In this document: positions 51,562 to 62,358 of the stretch, one piece after another
Layout of the letters: each line of letters starts with the position of its first letter
Position numbering within the stretch: the stretch's first letter is position 1
NCBI GenBank assembly: GCA_951406725.2
Contig: OX597817.1
Span: 40,734,001-40,798,000, forward strand
Direction: 5' to 3'
Source of the DNA: Octopus vulgaris
Lineage: Eukaryota
DNA: 64,000 nt
Notes under the pieces: generated by a model
Told to the model about the DNA's origin: nothing
Seen by the model: the letters and a program-made list of their open reading frames with translations, nothing else
Database searches by the model: none
Position numbers and translations under genes: made by a program

Positions 51562-52210
51562 GTAAGTTTAAACTGGCCACATCCAGCCAAAATATTTTCC
51601 ATGTTTTATGTTCAAAGCAGTCAGATCCAGCCTTGCCCTACAATATCATTCTAGAAAATTAAGAATCACATCATCAAGATATTGTAACCATGAGATAATG
51701 CATGATTAATTCAAAACAATGTGAATAAGTAAGCTTTTCATTTGACAGAGCTGACTATTAAAGGATTAAATCAGATACTATAAAATATACTCTTCAGGCA
51801 TAGCTGTGTGGTAAGAAGCTTGCTTCCCAGCGCCATGGTCTGGGTTCAGTCCCATTGAAAGGAACTTTGAGCAGGTGTCTTCTACTATAGCCTCAGGCCA
51901 ACCAAAGCCTTGTGAGTGAATTTGGTACACAGGAACTGAAAGACGTTTATTGTATGTTTGTGTGTGTGTTTGTCCCCATCCACCGCTTGACAACTGGCAT
52001 TGATGTTTATGTGCCTTTAACTTAGCAGTTCAGCAAAAGAGACTGATAGAATAATATCAGGCTTTAGAAAAAAGAAGTACTGAAGTTGATTCATTTGACT
52101 AAGATCCTTTAAGGTGGTGCCCCAGCATGGCTGCAGACTGAAACAAGTAAAAAATAAAAAAGATATGTCTTTCTTAAATGTAAAGCTGTTTTTGTTTCCA
52201 TTTCTTGCAG

Positions 52211-52319
52211 ATATAGAAAAATTCCTGGTGATAAATGTTCTTGTGAAAATTCGAAATGTTTTAAACCAAACACTAAGAAAATAGACTTGGGTGTTCTATG
52301 TCATTTCAGAATACCACCT
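52211..52319 (+). CDS. SORT1: Sortilin exon Q (end of 10CC-b): (G)YRKIPGDKCSCENSKCFKPNTKKIDLGVLCHFRIPP
   Basis: ttgcag acceptor, gtaagt donor. Contains the hallmark GYRKIPGDKC. Confidence 0.96.
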
Positions 52320-54743
52320 GTAAGTAATTTACTTCTTTTAGATCCCATTTCATCTGCCATTACCTCTCTCGTTCTCACAATTCTTATGCAGCGAGTGCTC
52401 TCTATCAGTTGCCATTTTGTCAAATATTTTGCATATGCACAATCAATGATTTTTTTCCCCTCTAAATAAGCTACCATTAATAAATATGTGAATATGAAAT
52501 TTTTTTTCTGTTGATCTAAAAGTCTTACAGCAAATTTACCATTTTCATCAATTTCTTTCTTTTGTTTCTTTGTTAAATATCAATGTTTTGTTTTGGCTTT
52601 AGTGGACTATGGATGTAAAATATAAAAATGAAACAATAGTCGGGTGTTAATGTTATGTAATTCATAATACCTACTAATAATGTGTCTCTTGAATAAGTGT
52701 ATGATTGTGTGTTTGTACAGAAATATACTAACAAACCTTTTTTTTTTAATGTATGTAAATTATGTGTTTTAATTATATGGGAATGGTGAGCTTTCCTGCA
52801 ATACGTTTGCTTAAACTGCTATGTATTTTATCGCTGAGATTTCTTTCTCAAACTGCACAACAGACATAATAAACTATTGTTAATCATTTTTTTTTTTAAA
52901 TGTTTTCCCAAGGCTTAAAACTGGTTTCTATATATTGATATTTAGGGAAATCTAATTTAAAAATTAATGAATTATTAAATTCATTTAAATATATTTATTG
53001 AAAGAGAATGAATGAGTAATAAATAAAAGTAATTAAAACTGTTCGACTTTAGTTTCGGTTTTGGCTTTTTCCTTCTTCTTCTTCTCTGCTCCTCCCCTCC
53101 TCCCATCACACTTTAAACACAAATATCTTTATTTCTTCCAACTTTTGTTTACTCTGTATTTATTAAATTTAAGTACTTTTTATATTATATAATTCATAAT
53201 TAATTAATAAAAAAAATTATATTTCATCAATATTATAGTATGTTTGTATTCATTGCTTTGATATTTCATGGCTGTGGCTAGTAATAATTTACAATTTCAC
53301 TAAAAATTAATCCTTTTTGTTGTTATTTTTACTATTATTATATATTACTTCTCAGAGTTCTTGATCTTAATTGCTCTGGTTAAATCTGTGGGAGCAGTCA
53401 GCATCCTATTGTCAAAGGCCTCACAGGGTCTCTTTCTGCAAATTATAAGACTTGGTACAATTACATATTATTATTAATTATAATATTAAGGCAGTGAACT
53501 GGCAGAATCGTTAGCACGTTGAGCAAAATGCTTTCATCCACCTTCATGTTCTATGTTCAAATTTCACTAAATTTCAGGGTTGATAAAATAAGTACCAGTT
53601 GATCACTGATGTCAATGTAATTGACTTAATCACCTCCTCTGAAATTGCAGGCCTTGTGCCAAAATTTGAAATTATTTTTATTATTATTTTATTCTTTTAC
53701 TGGTTTCATTTATTAGGTTGTACAACATTTCGATTTGTTTCATTTTTCTGTTTCCTAATATCACTTTATATCCACATTCTGGTTAAGACAGCATAATTTA
53801 AAAAAATTTCTAAGACAGGATGTATATCCAGCACCGTGACATTCTGACTAATCATTTATCTGATACAAAACTTTTTTTTTGGTGGGGGGATGTGTTGTTT
53901 GGTTGAAGATGGCTGGTGCTTCTTACACGCAATGTCTTCTTAACCAGTCTGAAAAAAGACTATCTGATCCTAGTAAGACTGAAAATAAATAAGTAGATAT
54001 TAAATATGGTACAAGCCATATAGCACAAGTCCCAACATATAATATTGGGTAATTCATCTGTGCAGATGATGACGTACTGATGATGACAATTGCAATCATA
54101 ATAAATGAATTTATTTACTTTTTTTTTTTGTAAATATTTTGCTTTTTGTAATTAACAGACTCTCTTTTGTTTCTTGATAAAATATATTCTGTTGTAATCA
54201 TCAACAGTGTTATTTGTGTTAAGTTCTTGTGACATATTCCAAAATCCAGTTTTGTGCAAATTGTAGACATTAAGTATTTAATTGACCCCAGAATGTAACC
54301 TGTGGTGGCAGTTGGACTTAGAACAATGATGTACCAAACTAGTTTGTGAAAAACATCTCAGTTGCCTCTCTTCACTTTCAACCATCACCTCTTGAACTGC
54401 TGCATTTTTTTCTTTCTTTTGCTTTGCTGCTATCACCACCAACCCCACTACTTCTACCAAAAATAAAAGCTGTTTTAACCTAGGAAGAAAGCCAACAATT
54501 TGAGGGTGGGGTGTTGTTGCCTACATTGACCCCTAGTTTAATGACCCAGGAGTAATGAAAGGCAAAGTAGGATTTGAATTCAGAACTTAAAGTTCCAATC
54601 CTACTAAAGATCAAATTTGCCTAATAGTAATTTTTTATTTATTGTAAGGGAGGGAAATAAGATTGTGTGATGATCAATGCTTTAACTTAAAAACATTAAT
54701 GGAGTCAGAAAATGTTAGTCTCGACTGATAATGAAAACATTAA

Positions 54744-54950
54744 CCCTATCAATACCACCTCTGGCTCTGTAGTACAAATGTGTTGTTTTCATAAGTTTTG
54801 AATTAAAATTTTCCACCAAACCTTAATCACAATTAATGCTCCTAACACTAGCTCAATGATAACTAAGTTATTTTACTAATTTTTTTGTTATATTTGAAAT
54901 TAATTGAAAGAAACACAGAACATCCAAACAGAAATATGGCAATGAAAGGG
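54744..54950. mobile_element. Short piggyBac MITE related to the 46.2-47.3 kb element
   Basis: ttaa-ccctatcaatacc ... cagaaatatggcaatgaaaggg-ttag. Shares the taattgaa...cagaaatat subterminal motif. Confidence 0.7.
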
Positions 54951-55693
54951 TTAGTGTACTTTCTTGCTCTTATTTATTACTGTTTTTTTTATACTTCTAC
55001 ATTTTTGATACTCCAGATAAATATAATTTTATAGGCTTGTTCTAAATACACCGATCTGTATATCAATATTATTATGTTGTTATGATAAAAAGCACTGAAC
55101 CTTCTACAATACCATAGAATTAAAAAGTTCTGAAATTTGAAATGCTATCTTTAGAGGCCTTTTTTTTAGAAGACTGATAAATTTACTGTATTATTGAATT
55201 ATACCAATTAACAGTAACGTATGTAGACTGTTTACATTAGTCAGAACGGTATCGCCATCTTGTTGCTTTTATGTTTTGGCTGTGTACACTCGGGCATGGG
55301 ATTGAACTCAGATGCCCATAGCTTAACCAATGCCCATAGCTATGCTGTAGTGTAGTGGATAAAGGCACTGGTTAATGTTGTACAGTCACCTAGGGGTTTT
55401 GAGTTCAGTCTCAAGCAAGGCACTAAGATGACTCACAAGATACTCGAAGAAGGCTGGAGTGTACCCAACTGAAATGTGGTGATGGCAACCATCAAGATGA
55501 GGGCATCACTGCAAGTAATATAAACAGTATACATAATAATTCCTTATCTCAGAAATATGAGTAATTTACTCTTTTTTTTTTTCTTCTAAGGTGGATGCAG
55601 TTTCTCAAAGTATCTGTCTGAGAATATTTACTAGATTTCAGACCTCTGTGTTATCTATCATTTACTTTTGTGTGAATAATTCATTTTGATATA

Positions 55694-55740
<47 letters not shown>

Positions 55741-55741
<1 letters not shown>

Positions 55742-55905
55742 TTTTCTTTCCTTTTTTTTCTCTCCTTGTTTTTTCTGTGTCCCTTTCTGTAGAAGAGCAT
55801 AGGCTCGAAACGTAAAGGACTTTTTCTATTCCTGAGTGTTATACTAATACATCTGTTTGTTTTGTACACCACCTGTCTTCGTCTTTTGTTTTTTTCGTAA
55901 ACCCT

Positions 55906-55909
<4 letters not shown>
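55741..55909 (+). mobile_element. Short PLE pseudo-LTR-like insertion between (TA)n tracts with a minimal hammerhead-like motif
   Basis: GTCCCTTT-CTGTAGA-A-GAGC-atag-GCTC-GAAAC-GTA-AAGGAC at 55779-55820. Confidence 0.7.
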
Positions 55910-55943
<34 letters not shown>

Positions 55944-56543
55944 GAATTTGGACTTCTTCATTACTTAATCTTAAAATTTCAATTATAACAATCCTCCCAC
56001 CCCAACCCATTTCTCTCAATCTCTTTCTCTCTCCCTCTCTAATCACTAAATTTTTAACACACAAAATCTTTTATTTATTCATTTATTTATTTTTCCATGT
56101 GCATTAAAAATGTTTAAATACTTTGTTATATTTATATATGTGCTGGTATTGTTAACTGTAAGGAAAAAATAAAGAGATATTTATCTCATCTTTGTTAAGA
56201 AATGAAGTGACATTTTATGAATCAGAAAAAACAAAAACAGAAAATGTAACACAGCTTTACTGTAATATTTTTCACTAGCTCAGTTGGAAAACCTACCTCA
56301 TGATCTTTTACATGATTTTAGTTTCTGCAAATATATATTTGGTTTCTCTTGTGTATTCATTTTCTCTTTTACTTTGCTGTGAAACATTCTAATGAATATA
56401 GATGCAAATTTGGCTGTGTAGCTAAGAATTTTGATCCCACATTTTGGTAACTTGAGCAAATGTTTTTGACCATAACTTCAAACTGACTAATTCTTCATGA
56501 GTAAAATTTGGTAGATGGAAACTGCAGAAGCCTGCTGTATATG

Positions 56544-56581
<38 letters not shown>

Positions 56582-57192
56582 ATAAAACAGGAATCTGGAA
56601 AATTTTTGGTATTATTTATTTACCATTACATATGTTTCATTTACTTATAGGAATCACAAAATTGAACATTACATGTTGGATAAACATGTAAGAAAATTTC
56701 CTATTAGAAATTCTTCAGATAGAGAACCAAATATTACATGCCTCACATCAATACAGCAACAACAACTGCATACTGGATTGTAATATTTGAATAAGTAGAT
56801 GTGCTTCAAAAGGACACTGATTGGATTTTAACTCTACCTACATAATTCTATATATATATATATAAAATCATCATTTAACTTCTGCGTTCCATGGATTGAA
56901 CAGTTTGACAAAGATCTGATGAGTCAAAGGACTACATCCTGCTTCAGTGTGTGTTGTGGTAGAATTTCTGTGGTTGGATGTCTTCCCTAACACCAACTGC
57001 TTTCCATTGTATACTGGGTGGTTTTTACATGTCACTGCTACTATTGAGGTTACCATGTAGCTCGCAAACCAACAAACCCAGGGAGGTAGGATGTTGCATA
57101 TATGTTAGATGGAGGGTTAAAGTGTGAGGAAAGAGGTTGAAGTAATACAGGTTCTCGTAGAAGAGCTCTATTATATACACATACATGCACAC

Positions 57193-57269
<77 letters not shown>

Positions 57270-57270
<1 letters not shown>

Positions 57271-59066
57271 GCATTTCCCCTTGGGCATTTACAAATCAGC
57301 AATCCAACTGACCTCTTCACCACTGCAGATATGGGGTCAGAGGTGGCGATGATTGATTACATCAATATAAAGGAAGACGATGTAATAAAGGCTATAGATG
57401 AGATGAAAACAGACTCAGCTACTGGCCCCGATGGATTCCCGGCAATCCTTCTAAAAGTATGTAAGAGAGTCCTAGCAAGACCACTGCAGTCTCTCTTTCA
57501 GAGCTTCCTTGCAACTGGCAAACTTCCAAGAAAACTGAAGGAAGGTAAAATATGCCCTATTCATAAAGGAGGTAGCAGAGCAGAGGCCAAGAACTACAGA
57601 CCTATCTCTCTGACCTCACACATCAGCAAGGTCATGGAATGAATAGTCAGAAGGAAACTAATCACCTTCCTTGAAGAAAATGACTTGCTGCCTGACACCC
57701 AGCATGGTTTCCGACCAGGAAGAAGCTGCTTAACTCAGCTCCTATAACACTATGACTGGGTGCTGAAACGACTGCTCAACCACTCAAATGTGGAAGTGAT
57801 ATATCTCGACTTTGCAAAGGCCTTTGATAAAGTCGATCATGGAATGATATGTCACAAACTGCGTGATCTTGACATAGTTGGAAAATTGGGAGAATGGCTT
57901 CATGACTTTCTGAAGGATAGAAGTCAGGTGGTAGTAGCCAATGGGGCCACTTCCATTAACACGCAAATAGTGAGCGGTGTTCCGCAGGGCACTGTTTTGG
58001 GACCACTACTGTTCATAATGGCCCTCTCAGACATGCCCTCAGCCACGCAGAGAGCCACGATCACAAGTTATGCAGATGATACAAAAGTTTCACAGGCAAT
58101 ACAGAACCCTGAAGACACTAAGCACCTGCAATGTGAGCTGGACAAAATATACAAGTGGGCTGAAAAGAATAGCATGCAGTTCAATGCTGAAAAGTTTCAA
58201 GCTTTATGCTATCAGCATGCAAAACTGAATGCAATACCCAATGAATACACTGGACCCGGAGGGATTGCAATCCCAGAGGCACAATCAGTGCGTGACCTGG
58301 GTATTCACATGAGTGATGATGCAACCTTTCATGTACATGTTGCTAAACTGGCAATGAAATGTAGACGGCTGGCCAGATGGATTCTTAGAACCTTTAGAAC
58401 AAGAGAACAAGAAACCATGATGGTCCTCTGGAAGACACTTGTCCTAAGCCACTTTGACTATTGCTCTCAGCTATGGTCACCATCCAGTGTCAAGTTGATC
58501 ACAGAACTTGAGGCGATCCAATGAAGCTACATGAAGAAGATAGCCTCTGTGCAGCATATAAGCTACTGGGAAAGACTCAAGAGATTAAAACTCCATTCCT
58601 TGGAGCGAAGGCGAGAAAGATATGCCATAATATATATCTGGAAGATCCTGGAAGGACTTGTCCCAAACTTTGGCATCGAGAGTCACACAAATGCCAGAAC
58701 CAGGCGCCACTGCGTGGTACCAAGGACTCCAAATTTGCCATCAAGATGTAGGACAAGATACTGTGATAGCCTGGGCTTCAGAGGCCCACAGCTCTTCAAT
58801 ATCCTCCTGAAGAACCTGAGGGACCTGCATGGTGTAGATGCGGATGTCTTTAAAGTAGGACTGGATCTCTTCCTGTCAGGTGTCCCGGATGAACCAACTT
58901 CACAGCAGGAGGGGCAGATGAGGGCAGCTGCATCGAACTCTCTCATGCACCAAATGGCAGTTGCTAAAAAGCATTCGTGAGGAAAAATCATGTAGCAAAC
59001 CAAATGGGGTGCCCCAGCATGGCCACAGCTCATGAGCTGAAACTGGAAAAATCAAAATCAAAATCA
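57270..59066 (+). mobile_element. 5'-truncated CR1/L2-like LINE (RT), two nonsense mutations, (AAAATC)n tail
   Basis: One frame with NYRPISLTS, YLDFAKAFDKVDH, GVPQGTVLGPLLF, YADD. Begins at the end of a (TA)n tract. Confidence 0.95.
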
Positions 59067-59407
59067 TTATATTAAATTAGAGATAAAACCACTACTGGGC
59101 AAATCAAACAGTGAAAATCATAAGCCAATACATAGAAATAAAATTAATTAAAAAATATATAAAAAATATAAAATATAAAAATCCAATTAAAATATTTAAA
59201 TTAAAGTTAAAAATTTAAAAAAATTATTTAAATTAATAATTTAAACTTATAAATTATAAATATATATATTTTTTATTATTATTTTATTTAATTTAATTTT
59301 TTATTTTTATTTATATATTTTTTTTTTTATATATTTTTATATTTATTTATTTATTTTTTTATAAACTATCAAAAAGTATTAAAAGTTTAATAAGATAAAG
59401 AGTAAAA

Positions 59408-59503
59408 ACACTACGATCGTTTCATGCCTGTAACCAATTCGAATAACAATAATTTAAATTCAATTAATAATTTGAGTTATGTTTACAGTCAATCTTCAGG
59501 TTA
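59408..59503 (-). ncRNA. Hammerhead ribozyme motif (type I, extended stem II) in a PLE-like remnant spanning ~59066-59620
   Basis: Minus strand: AC-CTGAAGA-TTGACTGTAAAC...GGTTACAGGCAT-GAAAC-GATC-GTA-GT. Canonical core and palindromic stem III; stem I is short. Confidence 0.65.
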
Positions 59504-59833
59504 ATTGTAATATTTTAATAAATAATCAAAAATATTTAAACAACATTTTTTAAGAAATAAATAATATAATAAATTTTCTTATAAAAAAACTCTATTATTA
59601 AACTAGAAACTTAATGATTATGATATATATATATATATATATATAAGTGTATTTTTACCTTGTTAACAATTAACACGGAAAAATAAATAAATAGTTACCA
59701 GGGCAGCAAAAATCTCACAAGTAAAGGTGTTGTAACTCCTTGTTTATAAAGGTAGAAACTTCATGTTTACGTTGAATATTTTGAATAATATGAATAAAAA
59801 ATGGAATTAACGCAGGTGTAATCAAATATTTTT

Positions 59834-59919
59834 ACTTTCGACACATGTTTCAAAAATTCCACTGATACTATTCAAAAGAATAAACGGTATAAACAATGCA
59901 ATCTTCTCTTCAGGAAAGT
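59834..59919 (-). ncRNA. Apparently intact type I hammerhead ribozyme
   Basis: Stem I ACTTTC/GAAAGT (6 bp), core CTGAAGA, stem II GAAGATT/AATTTTT enclosing ~40 nt, GAAA, stem III AC-ATGT-GT, cleavage triplet GTC. Confidence 0.8.
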
Positions 59920-60282
59920 GAAAAAACGAAACTCGTCAATAAGACATTTTAGCAAAAAATGATGGATTTGTATAGCGATAGACAGAACGCTATTAATATT
60001 GTTTAAAAAAACGTTATATGATATAACGTCATAAGTAGCTAACAGAAAGAGTAGGGATATTAATAGTGAATGTTAAATATAAAGGAAATTAAAGTTTAAA
60101 TTATATATAATGATAGAGACTACTTTTAGATCGATAATAGGGGATTAAATAAGGGTTATCTGCGTTCATTAGCTTTGTATCGGTGCGTAAGTTATGTTTG
60201 TTATCAATAATTCTTTTACGACTAGAAATCTTATCTACATTATTGAATTTACAATTAGACTGAGCAGAATCTATGTAGAAAA

Positions 60283-60368
60283 TTTTCTCTGAGGAGAAGA
60301 TTGCATTGTTTATACCATTTATTCTTTTGAATAGTATCAGTGGAATTTTCGAAACATGTGTCGAAAGT
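60283..60368 (+). ncRNA. Second (inverted) copy of the hammerhead, core intact, stem I disrupted by the inversion junction
   Basis: tttct-CTGAGGA-GAAGATT...AATTTTC-GAAAC-ATGT-GTC-GAAAGT. Confidence 0.65.
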
Positions 60369-60444
60369 AAAAATATTTGATTACACCTGTGTTAACTCCA
60401 TTTTTTATTCATATATAATGTATGTTAGGGTTGTTTATTGTCAA

Positions 60445-60676
60445 TTCTAGCATACAGTGGCGAGCTGGCAGAAACGTTAGCACACCGGGTGAAATGCTTA
60501 GCGGTATTTCGTCTGCCGTTACCTTCTGAGTTCAAATTCTGCCACGGTCGACTTTGCCTTTCATCCTTTCAGGATCGATAAATTAAGTACCAGTTACACA
60601 CTGGGGTCGATGTAATCAACTTAATCCCTTTGTTTGTCCCTTCTATGTTTAGCCCCTTGTGGGCAATAAAGAAATA
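60445..60676 (+). mobile_element. Young SINE B with 18-bp TSD
   Basis: TSD agggttgtttattgtcaa at 60427-60444 and 60677-60694. Confidence 0.9.
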
Positions 60677-61046
60677 AGGGTTGTTTATTGTCAAATAACA
60701 TGTATGTATGTATGTATGTGTGTTTGTGTGTGTATGTATGTATGTGTGTGTATATATGTATGTATGTATGTATGTACGTGGCTTTTTGTTGAAGATAGCG
60801 AGAGTTTAGCTAACAGCTTGAGTTTCACGCCACTAAAACTCATGTTACAAAACAATCATGTTCCTGCTTCAATAATAAAAAAAAGAACCATATCTTCTAC
60901 AGCATATAGTGGGCACTCCTCTCTTATTAGTTCAATATGATGCAATGCCATGCATGTGTGTGTGTGTGTGTGAATAGGAAACAGTTACACTCCAGTTTTA
61001 ACTAGTATTATTAAGGATTATCCCATTAGCTTAGCTATGTTTTATT

Positions 61047-61290
61047 ACATACATACATACATACATATATACATACATACATATATATCTACATACATAT
61101 ATATATATATACATATATATCTACATACATACATACATATCTACATAGATACATACATATATATCTACATACATACATACATATATATCTACATACATAC
61201 ATATATATCTACATACATACATATATATATACATATATATCTACATACATACATATCTACATACATACATACATACATACATACATACAT
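61047..61290. repeat. Compound (ACAT)n/(AT)n/(ATCT) microsatellite
   Basis: Direct inspection. Confidence 0.95.
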
Positions 61291-61746
61291 GTCTGGTCAC
61301 TTGTGTGGTTTCTTATGAGTGCTACTGGTAACATGATGTCCAGTTCAGCCTGTTGTATGGTCAGTTCATCAGTGGTTAAACCAGCACTCCTAACAGGCTA
61401 GAAACTCAGCAGGACTAAAACCAAGGCTTGTCAAAAGGACAGATGAACTGAGTGTAGACTCAACGACTATCTGTCAATAGCACAATCACTCAGAAATTCT
61501 GGGTTAGTGTCTAGCATGCTGGATGACCACTGGGAGTGAGACTCTTCTCAGCTTTTGTCAAAAGATGTCTCCGGGCAAAGGTCACCCTGATATGAAACCA
61601 GATATGTAGAGAATGGGATTAGACATTTTGGAGATCTTTTGCTTGCACTTGAGATCATGGTACTCCCACATTTCTGAACCTGTAACGTCCATTTTTCCAT
61701 GCTGGCAAAGGTTAGAGGAATGCATTACTGAGGAATTATTTAGCAG

Positions 61747-62327
61747 CTTCAATCCTTAATTTCCATCTTTTCCGCCATTCGTCTTCTTCTTTTCTTCTTC
61801 TTCTTCTTAGTCGCCATTACGATTTACGGTTCCCAATTTTTAGACTTCCTTTCTTCTCCAACAGCGGCTTCCGGCTTTCATATTCGCAGCAAGTTGCAAA
61901 AACATTTTATCCCATTATCTTTCGTACCTCATTCGTTACTATTGTTAAACGTCTGTACTCATACAATAACTGCTTCGTTTTTCCTATCTTTTCTCTACGA
62001 AATTTAACCCTTTAATCCTTCAATCCTTAATTTCCATCTTTTCCGCCATTCGTCTTCTTCTTTTCTTCTTCTTCTTCTTCTTAGTCGCCATTACGATTTA
62101 CGGTTCCCAATTTTTAGACTTCCTTTCTTCTCCAACAGCGGCTTCCGGCTTTCATATTCGCAGCAAGTTGCAAAAACATTTTATCCCATTATCTTTCGTA
62201 CCTCATTCGTTACTATTGTTAAACGTCTGTACTCATACAATAACTGCTTCGTTTTTCCTATCTTTTCTCTACGAAATTTAACCCTTTAATCCTTCAATCC
62301 TTAATTTCCATCTTTTCCGCCATTCGT

Positions 62328-62358
<31 letters not shown>

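Larger units (their letters stand above)
59645..60416 (-). mobile_element. 5'-truncated Penelope-like element with inverted pseudo-LTR
   Basis: Inverted arms 59789-59914 and 60288-60416. The spacer has an open minus-strand frame beginning KIFYIDSAQ... and ending ...SSLYHYI*; TA-rich flanks. Confidence 0.7.

Noticed and set aside
58683-59033. Antisense ORFs over the LINEs (also 3315-3614, 4801-5208, 6759-7130)
   Set aside because: Shadow frames of RT/APE coding sequence.
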